Below, in pieces: positions 50,430 to 64,000 of a stretch of DNA of 64,000 bases. Both the position numbers and the translations under genes were made by a program. Below the pieces are notes generated by a model. That model saw nothing but the letters and a program-made list of their open reading frames with translations. It made no database searches and was not told the origin of the DNA. Position 1 is the first letter of the stretch. Each line of letters opens with the position of its first letter. Source of the DNA: Malacoraja senta (Eukaryota); NCBI GenBank assembly GCA_038087875.1, contig CM075998.1, forward strand, positions 6,264,001 through 6,328,000, in the 5' to 3' direction.

Positions 50430-50795
50430 GAAGATGGAGGATAGACACAAAAAGCTGGAACATCTCTGGAGACCTCTCAGGTCGAGACCCCTCATCAGAC
50501 TGAAAGATACGCAAACAGCAATGATGATCAAAAAAGGTGGAGCCCACAATGGTCCATTGTTGGCTGTGATGTAGGTGATAACAAGTTATACGGACAATGA
50601 AACTCAACAGGACAACAGTGAAACTAGTGCGATGACAAGGGTGGGGGAGGGACAGAGAGACGGGTTGCAAGGGTTACTTGATGTTAGAGAAGTCAATGTT
50701 CATACACTGGGGGGTGTAAGCTGCCCAAGCAAAATATGAGGTGCTGTTCCAACAATTTGCGTTTGGCCTCAGTCTGACAGTGGGTGAGGCCCAGG
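50430..50795 (-). mobile_element. Degraded Penelope-like 3' fragment
   Basis: Similar to the 3' end of the GIY-YIG region at 16455-16590 plus terminal repeat. Confidence 0.65.
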
Positions 50796-52400
50796 ATATT
50801 AGCCTTGGGTTAATCGGTTTAATTGACAGCAAAATAATGTTTGACAAATGGCCTTTTCCATTTCACAGCCTAATCTCAAGGAGTTGACCAGTCTGCTCCA
50901 GTCTGAAGAAGGGTCTTGACCCAAAACGTCACCCGTTCCTTCTCTCCAGAGATGCTGCCTGTCCCACTGAGTTACTCTGGCTTTTTGTGTCCATCTTTGA
51001 TTTAAATCCACCCCAGGGTGAAGGGTGTCTCTAGACTCAGCCCACTAGGCCTTTGCTGCTCTTGCTACCTCTTGAGAAATATTTGTTGTCAGCCGTGCCC
51101 TGGTGTATCCTCCTCTCCCTAGATGTGGGTGATGAGCCTGTGTAGTCCGTCAGTGCAAAGCCTCCAAATACACTGGCAGAGTAGGTGAACTTGCCACCTC
51201 TCCCAGACCCATGGGGGGCGATTATTAGGCAGCGGCAGTTTCAAGAATGTGTTTATAATGCCTTCTTATAGAGTCACAGAGTCAGGCAGGCAGCACGGAA
51301 ACAGGCCCTTCGGCCCAACTTGCCCATGCCGACCAAGATGCCCCATCGACACCAGTCCCACCTGCCCACATCTGCCCCATATCCCTCCAAACTTCCTATC
51401 CATGTACCTGTCTAAATGATTTTTAAATGTTGTCATAGTACCTGCCTCAACTACCTCCTTTGGCAGCTTGTTCCATACACCCACCCTCTTCTAATGGACC
51501 TGTCCCACAGGCGATTTGTTCGGCAACTGCCATAGTCGTAGCAGGTCGCCGAAAAACTGGCGACTGGACCCCCCTACAACAATGTCTACGACAACCTACC
51601 ACCTAGTCGACGTCAAGCTACCGACAACCGGCGACCCATTAGGACATCCACCTACGACCACACCCACGACGACACCTTCGACCACCCGAGACAAGGTGAG
51701 ACAATTCAGTCGCTGGTACCTGTTGCCGGTTGACATAGGCAGTCGCCAATGGTATTCACCGAAGTCAGCACTGGCAACAACCTACGCCATCCTGGTGACA
51801 ACACCTACGTCAGGAGAAGTCAAGCTACGACAAGCACACGGTCGCCTACTGTCGCCAAAACGTTTTGAACATTTCAAAATCCAGCTGCGACCAGAAAAAT
51901 GCTACAATTCTTTGGGCGACTGAGGAGACCGTACAGGCGACACCCCAGCGACCTAGTCAATAGACAATAGACAATAGGTGCAGGAGGAGGCCATTCGGCC
52001 CTTCGAGCCAGCACCGCCATTCAATGTGATCATGGCTGATCATCCCCAATCAGTACCCCGTTCCTGCCTTCTCCCCATTATCCCCTGACTCCGCTATCTT
52101 TAAGAGCCCTATCTAACTCTCTCTTGAAAGCATCCAGAGAACCTGCCTCCACCGCCCTCTGAGGCAGAGAATTCCACAGACTCACCACTCTCTGTGAGAA
52201 AAAGTGTTTCCTCGTCTCCAGTAGTCACCTAAAAAATCACCTAAGTGGTTCCGGTGGCGCTAATGGTGGAGTAAGAGCGTGCGCCAGCTCGCTCCACGCA
52301 AACATCTGTGGAAAAAACGGGAGAAAAACAACTGTCTGACCTGCAGAGAATCGCACCGGCAGCCTGAGTGACATCATCAGACCTGCGACTCCGGAGTATA

Positions 52401-52982
52401 ATGTCGGTAAAACACTCCCCCTCAAAGAGAGCGACTAAAAAACCCGGAAAGGCCAAACCTCCGGGGGAAGAAGTAGGCCTGACTGAAGCCTTGGGCTCAG
52501 TTTCAACGTCGTCCCAGGAGGATGTCTCAAAGGTCCAGAAGCCAAAGACTAAGAAAACTGAAATGGAGCTTCGCATCTTTATCACCAAGGAAATGGCAAG
52601 TGTTACTAAGGAAACAGCAAGTATGAGAGATGAATTGATAAACTTAAAAACAGAAATGAAAGGTTTTAAAAATGAAATCAAAAATGAATTTTTAAAGTTT
52701 GATGAGAAAATTTCTAAGTTTATCCGTGAAGAACTGATTGCCGAGGGGAACAAAATCAGCATATTCAGAGACTATCCAAAGGAGGTGGTCACAAGGAGAG
52801 CGTTATTTACCGAGACAAGAGGGATTCTTAAGAAGATAGACAACTTGAGATATGGACTGTTGTACCCTGCAAGATTGAGAGTCACCTATAAGCAGAAGGA
52901 AACGTTTTTTACAGATCACAAGGAAGCATTGGCGTATGCCCAGAAGATCGCTCAGAAGACCGCGGACTTGAGTGCCGATTGA
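52401..52982 (+). pseudogene. L1 ORF1 (coiled coil plus CTD, RRM apparently missing)
   Basis: KISIFRDYPKEVVTRRALF...YGLLYPARLRVTY is the ORF1 C-terminal domain motif. Confidence 0.8.
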
Positions 52983-53721
52983 ATAACATTCATATGATAT
53001 CTTCACCTTGCTGAGAATAAATGGAACTTTAAGTCACTTTACTTAAGGACTAATGAAAGCTGATAACGACAACTGAACAAACCGTATTGATATGGACATA
53101 TTATTTTAATATTTTAGTACTAATTATTACTAACAAATACTAATTATTAAGACTACTATTATTATTATTATTAGAATAATTAGTTAAAAATATTAATTTC
53201 AAACAAGGTATAACCTGGTTATTTTATTAATTAAATTGAGCCATGTTTACTCGTTGTTTCTTTTTTTTCTTTTACATCAGACTAATAACTGACTACTACT
53301 TAACCAAGAGAGTAATAGTCTCTCATTACATGGTTACTAATTTCTTGGACCAAAATGGTTATAACATTAATCCCGTAAATTACACTAACTGAGTTCTTTT
53401 TTTTTTTAAGCGTGTATCTAGTAATAATTTTTATTTTCTAAGGCTACGGAAGTCCTTAGATGGCCAGCCACGTTAGTGTGGCTAACACTAACTACACTAT
53501 TTGTAGATGTAGTTTCTTCTTTTTTCTTGCACTTTATTGATCTTTATTTTTTTATTTTCTTTCTTTATTCCTTACTTAATTTCTATCATAAAGTTGATTC
53601 GAATTATATGTATTATTTGTGGAGAGGGGTCCCGGAGGAATCATCTGTCCTGTGTTCGGGTGGATTGTCTGGCTTACTGCGCTGGGCTACCTACTCTATT
53701 ATAGACTACTCTAACCATAAG

Positions 53722-56700
53722 ATGCAAGACGGTAATAGAAAAATTGGGGGTCAAGGAACTACTTGTTGTAGCTGGAACGTTAAGGGAATTAATGACTCAA
53801 TTAAGAGAGGTAAAGTATTAGCACACTTACAATCACTTGATGCAGATGTAACATTTCTTCAAGAAACTCATCTTAAAAATGAAGCACAACACAGATTGAA
53901 AGCAAAATGGATTGCTGAAACATATCACTCTTCATTCTCCCATAAGGCTAGAGGGGTTGCAATTGTAATCCGTAAAGGTATACCCTTTAAACACATATCA
54001 ACTATTGCGGACAAGAATGGTAGATATATAATACTAGTGGGTGAATTATATTTTAAAAAAGTAATTCTTCTTAATGTCTATGGACCAAATTGTGATAACC
54101 CTTCGTTTTTTTAAGAATATACTTCATAATATCCCGGAAATTACACAACATAACTTGATAATTGGAGGAGATTTAAATTGTACACTAGACTCTTATTTAG
54201 ATAGATCATCTAGACAAAGAAAAGCAAAATCTAAAACAAGTGAATTAATAAACTCATACATTAACTCTACTAATATCAAAGATGTTTGGAGAATTGAAAA
54301 CCCATCTGGAAGGGAATATTCATTCTATTCACCGGTACATAAAACTTACTCAAGGATAGATTACTTTTTAGTAGACTCTAAGCTTATCCCATTTACTTAT
54401 AACTCAAAATATCATAATATTATAATTTCGGACCATGCACCTCTAACATTTATGATCAAACTAAGTGGAATGACTGAGAAGCAGACACAATGGAGATTTA
54501 ATCCTCAGATATTAAATGATAAAGCATGTTGTGAATATCTTATCACACAGATAAATATGTTCTTTGAGACTAATGATTGCCCTGAAATATCTCCCTCCCT
54601 TTTTTGGGAAACATTTAAAGCATTTATACGAGGAGCGTTAATCTCTGCGCAAGCCTTTCGTAATAAAGAGAACCGGGCCAAACAACAGGAATTGGAAAAG
54701 GAGATAAGGCAATTAGATATGGAAAATTCAATCACGTCCTCTACGATAATACATAATAAAATTGCAGCACTTAAATATAAGTTAAATCAACTATATTCAG
54801 ATCAAATCATAAAACTTTATCAAAATGCTAAACAACTATACTTTGAGTTTGGTGATAAACCACAAAAATTACTAGCACGTCAGCTCCGGAAACAGGAAGG
54901 GGAAAAAACAATTTACAAAATTAAATCTGATACGGGAGAAATGCTAACATTACCCAAGGATATTAATGATAGATTTTCTCAATACTATCAAACACTTTAT
55001 TCATCCAAAACAATAGTGGGCTCTGCAGGAATGGAATCATTTTTACAGAAATGTAATCTTACAGGTTTAGATCTGAAAGAGAGGGAATTATTAGGGGCCG
55101 AAATATCAGTAAAAGATATTGAAGAATCTATCAGATCTTTAAAAAATGGAAAGGCCGCTGGCCCGGATGGTTTAAATAGCGAATTTTATAAAACACTTCA
55201 TGACCTGATCTCCACACACTTAAAGACACTATATACTCATGTCTTCATGCAACAGAAACTACCAGAAACTTTAAACGAATCAACAATAATACATACCCAA
55301 AATGGATAAGGACCTTGAAGATCCAGGTTCATATAGAGCAATCGCTTTCTTAAACACCGATCAGAAAATATTAACTAAAATTTTAGCCCATAGATTAAGT
55401 TTAGTGATTCATAAATTAATACACCCTGACCAAACTGGCTTTATTCCAAAACGCTACTCATATTATAATTTGAGACGATTATTTAATATTATATACTCAA
55501 ACAGAATAGCTAATGTAGATTTAGCAGTCATCTCGTTAGATGCTGAGAAAGCATTCGATCAAGTGGAATGGCCCTATTTATTTTCGGTGATGGAAAAATT
55601 TCAATTGGGTGAGAAGTTTTGCACATGGATTAAGGTTTTATACACTAACCCAACAGCTAGAATAATGACAAATCAAATGCTATCAACAAAATTTGATTTA
55701 TCTAAAGGTTGCAGACAAGGATGCCCGTTATCACCGTTATTATTTGCTCTTGCTATCGAACCACTAGCAGAAAGAGTTAGAGCACATCCAGAAATATATG
55801 GGTATAATACTAAAAATACAGTTAATAAAATCTCTCTATACACAGACGATGTATTATTATATATTACAAACCCAGAAATCAGCATTCCAAACTTGTTAAA
55901 TCTTATAACTCAATTTGGTTTATTTTCAGGATATAGAATTAATTGGAACAAAAGTGAGATTATGCCAATAACGGAATCTAATTCGTATATATTGCAACAT
56001 TCACCTTTTAGAATAATTAATGAAAAATTTAAATATCTTGGAATTTATGTGACAAAGAAATATAACTCTCTATTTAAATCAAATTTCATGCCTTTCATTT
56101 CAAATATCAAATTGCATAAGAATATTCAATACTGGAAAACACTTCTCATTTCAATGCTCGGTAGAATTAATGCTATAAAATGATTTTCCTTCCGCAATTA
56201 CTATACCTCTTTCAATCAATCCCGATATATCTCCCAAAAAAAATCTTTTAAAAAGTCGATTCTATTGTGACAAGTTTTATTTGGGATTATAAGAATCACA
56301 GAATAAGCAAAAAACACCTATGTAAACCCAAGACCAAAGGAGGATTAGTTTTACCAAACTTTATTTTATTTTTGGGCAGTCAATGTCAAAAATATGAATT
56401 TTTGGTTGAAAGATATGGATCAACAACCAGACTGGTTAAAGATGGAAAAGGAAGATTGTTTACCTTTTGAAATTGGTCCGATCCTGTTAGCTCCTACAAA
56501 ACTGAATTAAAAAATCTATAATGAAAACCCTATAATATATAGTGGAATTCGAATTTGGAAACAATTAAAAAAGACATTAAAATTGGATAATTTATCATTT
56601 ACTCTCCCCATTGCAAATAATCCTTCATTTAAACCCTCAGTGTTGGATAAAGGTTTTGTACAATGAAAAATCATGGAATAAAAAAGATGGGACATCTTTA

Positions 56701-57510
56701 TAGAAACGGTATTTTTATTTTGTTTCAGGAACTACAACTGAATTATGGATTACATTCAAATAATTTTTTTAGATACTTACAACTTAAAGATTATGTTAAA
56801 TCACATACACAAGAATACAGAACTAGAGAACCAGAGATTCTAGATGAATGTTTGAATAAACTCCCTAATACAGGTAAATTAATATCTTATATTTATAATA
56901 TTCTTTTAGACAGTGAGACTCCGTCGACGGAATTATATAGATTAGCATGGGAAAAGGAATTAGCCCAACCTATAACAAAAGATATTTGGGATGAAAGTTT
57001 ACAACATATACATCAATGCTCATTAAATGCCAGACACTCTTCAATAAATTTAAAGTACTACATAGATTGCATTATTCAAAAACAAAATTAAATAGAATCT
57101 TTCCTAATATCTCCTCTATTTGTGATAAATGCCAACACTCATCGGCTAATTTAACCCATACTTTTGTAAATTGTATAAAAATTAAAAATTATTGGATGGA
57201 TATTTTTAAAATAATCTCTGTAGTTGTTAATATTCAACTGGATCCCGATCCTAAATTAATAATATTAGGCATGTCAGAACAATACCTAAAACTTACAACA
57301 AACCAAAGAAATTTCCTTGACTACAGTATAATAATTGGGAAAAAATTAATATTACAATTTTGGAAAAATCCTGCAACCCCCACAATTAAGATGTGGATTA
57401 TGGAGATGACGGAAACCTTACATTTGGAAAAAATTAGATATGTCTTAATTGACAAACCAGAATTATTTACTAAAATATGGTCTCCATTTATAGATTATCT
57501 GAAGGGGTAG
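53722..57510 (+). pseudogene. L1 ORF2 (APE endonuclease, RT, zinc knuckle), multiply frameshifted
   Basis: SWNVKG, FLQETH, GGDLN, SRIDYF, SDHAP; GPDG, LDAEKAFD, GCRQGCPLSPLLF, YTDD; CDKC..H..C. Confidence 0.92.
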
Positions 57511-58652
57511 ACTGGGCCGGTGCGGAGTCCTGACTGAAACCTGAACCCAGGACTAGATCAATAGTTACGTTTTCTGACCTATGGACCTATCTCCTAAGTT
57601 GTATTATTGATAGTTTATCTTACTTTTCTAATTTCTTCTCTTTATTTCTTTATTTCTTTATTTTTATTATCTATAAATATAAATAAATAATTAGAGGCAA
57701 CGTTAATATGTAACCGATAAAGGAGGACCCCAGCTACTTTGGTAACTGGGTACCCGGAACCCTGGATACTTAATATGTAATTGTTATACAAAGTTTGTAA
57801 TGGGTTGGATTATGATATGCAGATACCTCTAATAAAAAATTACAATACAAAAATTAAAAATCACCTGTGGGACGGGCATAAAAAGGCTGCACCTCAGGTT
57901 CATATTAAAACTTTCCCCTCTCACCTTAAGGTTAAAAGAGTACCCGATCGATTCCCTTCATGATTTTATACACCTCTATAAGATCTCTATAACACCTCTA
58001 TAAGATCACCCCTCATCATCATGCGCTGGATGAAATAAAGTCCCAGACTATCCAACCTCTGCCTATAGCTCAGGCCCTCGAGTCCAGCCAATTGTCAGGA
58101 ACCTCTCCCTGGAGCCCATGCGATCTAATAGAGCAGCACAAAGTGAATCTCTGAAATTCTATGCTAAATGCATTGGAAGACATTGAATTTGAGTTTAACC
58201 TGGCCACCTTGTGAAGTGGAAGTCTGCATTGTGCTGGGTGTGTCATTTAGAAAGCTTCTGATTTGATCAGCAGGTGTTGCATTTGGGCAAGTGATTTATC
58301 AGATATAAAAGCTGCAACACTTTGTCGGGCAGCATCTGCAGAGAGGGAAAGAATCAACGTTTCAGTTCCGAGATTCTTTGTCAGAACTCTCTCCACAGAT
58401 GCTGCCTGACCAGCCGAGAGCTTGCAGGATTCTGTTTTTATTGCACACGGGTGGCACGGTGGCGCAGCGGTAGAGCTGTGGCCTTGCAGCGCCGGAGACC
58501 CGGGTTTGATCCAGACTACGGGCGCTGTATGTACCTTCTCCCCGTGACCCAGTTGGGTTTTCGCCGAGATCTTCGGTTTCCTCCCACACTCCAAAGACGT
58601 ACAGGTTTGGTATAAAAGTAAAATTGCCCCTAGTGTGTGTACGATAGTGTTA

Positions 58653-59239
58653 AAGGCCTGTCTCACGGGTATGCGGTTACTGGCGGTTACTGGCGGTGAA
58701 GCAGGAAGTTGGGACCGCTCGTGGACCACCAGATACAGCGCATGGCCCGCGGGGTCGGTCCCACGCACACCGCCGGGACCGTGGCCAGTGCTGCACGAGC
58801 ACCGCCGGGACCGTGCGGTGTTGGTCCCAACACCGCACGGTGCTCACAAAAAGTCGACAACGTTCAAAAATGTTGTCCTACCGCACAGCCGCCGCCAGTG
58901 CGGCACGAGCACCACTAGCACCGCCACGAACCGAATTGACGTCATCGCGTAGCGCGTTGCGTTGCGCGATGTTGTCATCACCCGACGCCGCGCTCGTGGG
59001 ACAAGCCGTGCGGTGATCACCCGGCATACGCGTGGCAACAGCTTCCGGTAAGGTTTAATTTTTTTTAACTTACCACAAGCTCGTGGGACCGGCCGTACGG
59101 AGATCACTCGGCCCCCGCACGGCATCCGTGCGGCGCTCCCACGGCATACGCGCGGCGCTCTCGCGGTAGCCGCGCGGTCCCCGTTTCCGGCAACGCCGTG
59201 CTTCACCGCCAGTAACCGCCTGCCCGTGGGACAGGGCCA
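58653..59239. mobile_element. CpG-rich PIF/Harbinger-like MITE inserted in an HE1-like SINE (about 58448-59315)
   Basis: TTA|AAGGCCTGTCTCACGGGTATGCGGTTACTGGCGG...CCGCCAGTAACCGCCTGCCCGTGGGACAGGGCCA|TTA; the SINE reads gatagtgTTAgtgtg across it. Confidence 0.82.
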
Positions 59240-60064
59240 TTAGTGTGTGGGGATCGCTGGTCGGTGCAGATTGATGGGCCGAAGGGCCTGTTTCCGCGCT
59301 GTTTCTCTAAACTAAACAACAAATTTCCGGTGTCTGCAGGTTTTTCTATTCTCGTTAATTTTCTTACATGTGTGAGCCGGGTCTGATTGCTTTGATCAGC
59401 TGACAGTGAACTGAGTGAGTCTGGAATACATCAAAGTGCAACACTGCCCTCTGCTGGGGAAAGTTCACTGTATCTGGTTGAAACTGAGGAATAACGTGCC
59501 TGAAAATTCACTCCCTCACAACAAGATGTGAAACTCCAGACTCACCTCTGCCCCTGAAACTCACTAGTGAAGTGAAGTGAATCTGAAAATGTTCCCGATG
59601 CTGGGGGAGTCCAGAACCAGGGATCACAGTTTTAGAATAAGGGGTGGGCTTGAGATGAGGAAAACATTTTTCACCCAGAGAGTTGTGAATCTGTGGAATT
59701 CTCTGCCACAGAAGGCAGTGGAGGCCGATTCACTGGATGTTTTCAAGAGAGAGTTAGATTTAGCTCTCAGGGCTAACGGAATCAAGGGATATGGGGAGAA
59801 AGCAGGAATGGGGGACTGTATTTGGATCATTTTGAATGGCGAAGGGCCAAATGTCCTACTCCGGCACCTATTGTCTATGTTTCTATAAAAGCAGGGACTC
59901 CCATGACAAAGACTCAGTGCCATCTTTATGCACTAACTCCATAACCCTGCAGGAGCTCAGCAAACATAGCCATCAGTTCTGTTTAGTTTAGGGAAGCAGC
60001 ATGGAAAGAGGCCCTGCGGCCCACTGAGTCCATGCCGACTGTCGATCACCTGTTCACACCATGT

Positions 60065-60825
60065 TACATAGAAACATGGAAAATAGGTGCAGGAGGAGGC
60101 CATTCGGCCCTTCGAGCCAGCACCGCCATTCATTGTGATCATGGCTGATCGTCCCCAATCAATAACCCGTGCCTGCCTTCTCCCCATATCCCTTGACTCC
60201 ACTAGCCCCTAGAGCTCTATCTAACTCTCTCTTAAATCCATCCAGTGATTTGGCCTCCACTGCCCTCTGTGGCAGGGAATTCCACAAATTCACAACTCTC
60301 TGGGTGAAAAAGTTTGTTCTCACCTCAGTCTTAAATGGTCTCCCCTTTATTCTAAGACTGTGGCCCCTGGTTCTGGACTCGCCCGACATTGGAAACATTT
60401 TTCCTGCATCTAGCTTGTCCAGTCCTTTTATAATTTTATATGTTTCTATAAGATCCCCCTCATCCTTCTAAACTCCAGTGAATACAAGCCTAGTCTTTTT
60501 AATCTTTCCTCATATGACAGTCCTGCCATCCCAGGGATCAATCTCGTGAACCTACGCTGCACTGCCTCAATCACAAAGATGTCCTTCCTCAAATTAGGAG
60601 ACCCAAACTGTACACAATACTCCAGATGTGGTCTCACCAGAGCCCTATACAACTGCAGAAGAACCTCTTTACTCCTATACTGAAATCCTCTTGTTATGAA
60701 GGCCAACATTCCATTAGCTTTCTTCACTGCCTGCTGTATCTGCACGCCAACTTTCAGTGACCGGTGTACAAGGACACCCAGGTCTCTCTGTACTCCCCTT
60801 ACCTAACCTAACCCCATTGAGATAT
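60065..60825 (-). mobile_element. CR1 LINE 3' fragment
   Basis: ORFs 60159-60398 and 60446-60745. Confidence 0.88.
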
Positions 60826-61112
60826 CCCACTTACTCATCCACTCCGTACACTCCACCGCTGCGCCACCACGCCACCCCTCTGCAGCAAAATCCTCCACTT
60901 ATCCCAGTCATAGAATGGAACCCTCCACTCGCCAGCTCTGCCTCCCTGCTCTCTTTACCCTTTGCTCCGTCCTTGATCCACAGAAGCACCTCCCCTCTCA
61001 CCCCGACTGTAATCCCCCCCCTCCCTCACCCTGAGCCCCGGCAAACAGGAAGTCTGGGAGAGCCCCCAAAGGGTTAAACACTGGGATTGTGGGAAAACCA
61101 GCACAGCAAGAA

Positions 61113-61500
61113 GAGGCTGGGATAGAGGCCTGTGTACAAGAGGCTGGGATAGAGGCCTGTCCACTGTACAAGGGGCTGGGATAGAGGCCTGTCCACTGTA
61201 CAAGGGGCTGGGATAGAGGCCTGTGTACAAGAGGCTGGGCTAGAGGCCTGCATACAAGGGGCTGGGCTAGAGGCCTGTCCACTGTACAAGGGGCTGGGAT
61301 AGAGGCCTGTCCACTGCACAAGGGGCTGGGATAGAGGCCTGTCCACTGTACAAGGGGCTGGGATAGAGGCCCGTCCACTGTACAAGGGGCTGGGATAGAC
61401 GCCTGTCCACTGTACAAGGGGCTGGGATAGAGGCCTATCGACCATACAACAAGAGGCCTGTGTACAAGAGGCTGGGATAGAGGCCTGTCCACTGTACAAG
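61113..61500 (+). repeat. 32-bp minisatellite GGGGCTGGGATAGAGGCCTGTCCACTGTACAA (with 27-bp variants)
   Basis: About a dozen tandem units. Confidence 0.95.
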
Positions 61501-61682
61501 GCCACCAGGTGGTAAGGCTTCACCTATCTCACTGAAGGAATGGCAACAGTGTCATTTGGCAGTTAGTGAAAAACAAAATAACAACTGCAGATGCTGGAAT
61601 GATCTGGAGTAACCAACGAGAATGCTGGAAATATTCAGCAGGCCAGGCGGCATCTGTGGAGGGAGTACCAGAGATAATGTTT

Positions 61683-62700
61683 CCCTGACTCCGCTATCTT
61701 TAAGAGCTCTATCCAACTCTCTCTTGAAAGCATCCAGAGAATTGGCCTCCACCACCCTCTGAGGCAGAGAATTCCACAGATTCACAACTCTCTGTGTGAA
61801 AAAGTTTTTCCTCATCTCCGTTCTAAATGGCGTACCCCTTATTCGTAAACTGTGGCCCCTGGTTCTGGACTCCCCCAACATCGGGAACATGTTTCCTGCA
61901 TCTACCGTGTCCAAACACTTAATAATCTTATATGTTTCAATGAGATATCCTCTCATCCTTCTGAATTCCAGAGTATACAAGCCCAGCCGCTCCATTCTAT
62001 CAACATATGACAGTCCCACCATCCCGGGAATTAACCTCGTGAACCTACGCTGCACTCCCTCAATAGCAAGAATGTCCTTCCTCAAATTTGGAGACTAAAA
62101 CTGCACACAATACTCCAGGTGTGGTCTCACTAGGGCCCTGTACAACTGCAGAAGGACCTCTTTGCTCCTATAATCAACTCCTCTTGTTATGAAGACCAAC
62201 ATGCCATTCACTTTCTTCACTGCCTGCTGTACCTGCATGCTTACTTTCAGTGACTGATGAACAAGGACCCCCAGATCTCATTGTACTTCCCCTTCTCCCA
62301 ACTTGACACCATTTAGATAGTAATCTGCCCTCCTGTTTTTGATACCAAAGTGGATAACCTCACATTTATCCACATTAAACTTCATCTGCCATGCATCTGC
62401 CCACTCCCCCAACCTGTCCAAGTCACCCTGCATTCTCATAGCATCCTCCTCACAGTTCACACTGCCACCCAGCTTTGTGTCATCTGCAAATTTGCTAATG
62501 TTACTTTGGAACCCTTCATCCAAATCATTGATGTATATTGTAAATAGCTGCGGTCCCAGCACCGAGCCTTGCGGTACCCCACTAGTCACTGCCTGCCATT
62601 CTGAAAGAGACCCGTTAATCCCTACTCTTTGTTTCCTGTCTGCCAACCACTTCTCTATCCATGTCAGCACTCTACCCCCAATACCATGTGCTCTAATTTT
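61683..62700 (-). mobile_element. CR1 LINE RT fragment
   Basis: SGVPQGSVLGPQLFTIYINDL, KFADDTKL, TQRVVNLWNSLP. Confidence 0.9.
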
Positions 62701-62999
62701 GCAGGGATCTCTGGTCGGTGACGACCCAGTGGGCCGAAGGGCCTGTTTCCGCGCTGTATCTCTAAACTAAACTATTCCAGGTACCACAATGGAAACTCGA
62801 ACAGGCTGCAGAGAGCTTTGGATGACAGTCTCAGAGTCAGGCGTGAGGGGGTTTGTCACGTGGAGAGGCTGGAGTTGTTCTTGGATTTGCTGCCTCACAG
62901 CACTAGAGACCCAGGTTCGATCCTGACTATGGGTGCTGTCTGTATGGAGTTTGTACCTTCTACCGGTGACTGCCTGGGTTTTCTCCAGGTGCACCGGTT

Positions 63000-63292
63000 T
63001 TAGTTTAGAGATGCAGCATGGACACAGGCCCTCTGGCCCACCGACTCCACGCCGACCATTAATCACCCGTACACTCGCTTTATGCTACACACTAGGTACA
63101 ATTTACAGAAGTCAACTAACCTACAAACCTGTACGTCTTTGCAGTGTGGGAGGAAACCGGAGCACCCGGAGAAAACCCACGTGGTCACGGGGAGAACGTA
63201 CAAACTCCGTACAGACAGCACCCGTAGTCAGGATCGAACCTGGGTCTCTGACACCATGAGGTAACAACTCTACCGCTGCGCCACCGTGCCAC
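63000..63292 (-). mobile_element. HE1-like SINE
   Basis: Reverse complement of the SINE consensus; many further copies occur throughout the window. Confidence 0.85.
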
Positions 63293-64000
63293 CCTATTGT
63301 TTCCACCCGCATCCCAAAGACACGAGGGTTAGATGGTTTTTAACCCTCTGTGTTCCCAAGCCAGGCCACTCTTTGTCACAGACGTGGATCTGCAATCACG
63401 CATTACAATCTGTGGAGGGAACGGACGGGCAACGTTTTGAGTTGGGATATTTCACGTGGACTGAAAGTAGCGATGTTACAAAACTTACCTTCAGCGGCTC
63501 TGCAGTTCTGCCACTGGCCGTGTGCGCGACTTTGGCGCCTTTGAGGGGGCGGGCGGGATTAAAATCCAGTTTTCTACCGCCTGTCCGAGGCCGATTTCCT
63601 CGGGCTGCCAACTGCTGCAGAAAAATCGTTCCAACTTCCATTCTTTCCCGAGTTTTTTTTTAAATCACGAGACAATTTAATGATTATATTAAAATAAAAA
63701 GCGACTTCTAACGCCGTCAACACCTACAACGTGACGGATCTCACGTACGGGACAAAACAAAATGTAAGTCATTTATTTTACAGATAAACTTGCTTCTTCG
63801 GATGACTTTAATCAATCCTCTACAGGCGAAAATGTTATTTGGGCCCCATACGAACCGGCAGTGTTTTTCCTGCCGATATGGAGTTCAAATTTACTGCAAA
63901 TGCAACGTTCCAATCGATCGCGTTCCAGAATCAAGATGATTAAAATGCCCATTTATTTTGGAGATGCCGTCTAATTTGTCTATAATTTGTGTTATTCTCT

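Larger units (their letters stand above)
52243..57855 (+). mobile_element. Near full-length L1-clade LINE, decayed
   Basis: 5' UTR, ORF1, AT-rich spacer, ORF2 pieces (EN, RT, CCHC), AATAAA plus A-rich tail; TSD AAAAATCACCT at 52232-52242 and 57856-57866. Confidence 0.93.
51495..57878. mobile_element. PIF/Harbinger-like MITE split by a CR1 tail (about 51957-52220) and an L1
   Basis: TAA|TGGACCTGTCCCACAGGCGATTT at left; AAATCACCTGTGGGACGGGCA|TAA at right. Confidence 0.7.

Noticed and set aside
53722..57510. Active L1 ORF2
   Set aside because: Several frameshifts and stops.
60998..61523. Repetitive minus-strand ORFs
   Set aside because: Minisatellite translation.

Overview
Repeat-dense vertebrate DNA, very likely from a skate or ray (elasmobranch-type HE1-like SINEs, CR1 LINEs, Penelope/Neptune elements). 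The + strand carries the 3' two-thirds of a formin-like gene, best matching FMNL3. I can place 12 coding exons with consistent reading phases between 3086 and 41266, covering FH3, coiled coil, FH1, FH2 and WH2/DAD, including two alternative C-terminal exons and one GC-AG intron. About five FH2 exons are absent and probably lie in the 200-N gap (18882-19081). Most of the rest is transposon debris: tRNA-SINEs, CR1, L2 and Rex fragments, a near full-length decayed L1 (52243-57855) and PIF/Harbinger-like MITEs. The most interesting signal is a large family of short, often palindromic Penelope-derived inserts carrying a minimal hammerhead-ribozyme-like core. It occurs in the parent element, as stand-alone units with target duplications, and in part as a 66-bp tandem array. 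Family and gene assignments rest on motif recognition and recall, not database searches.
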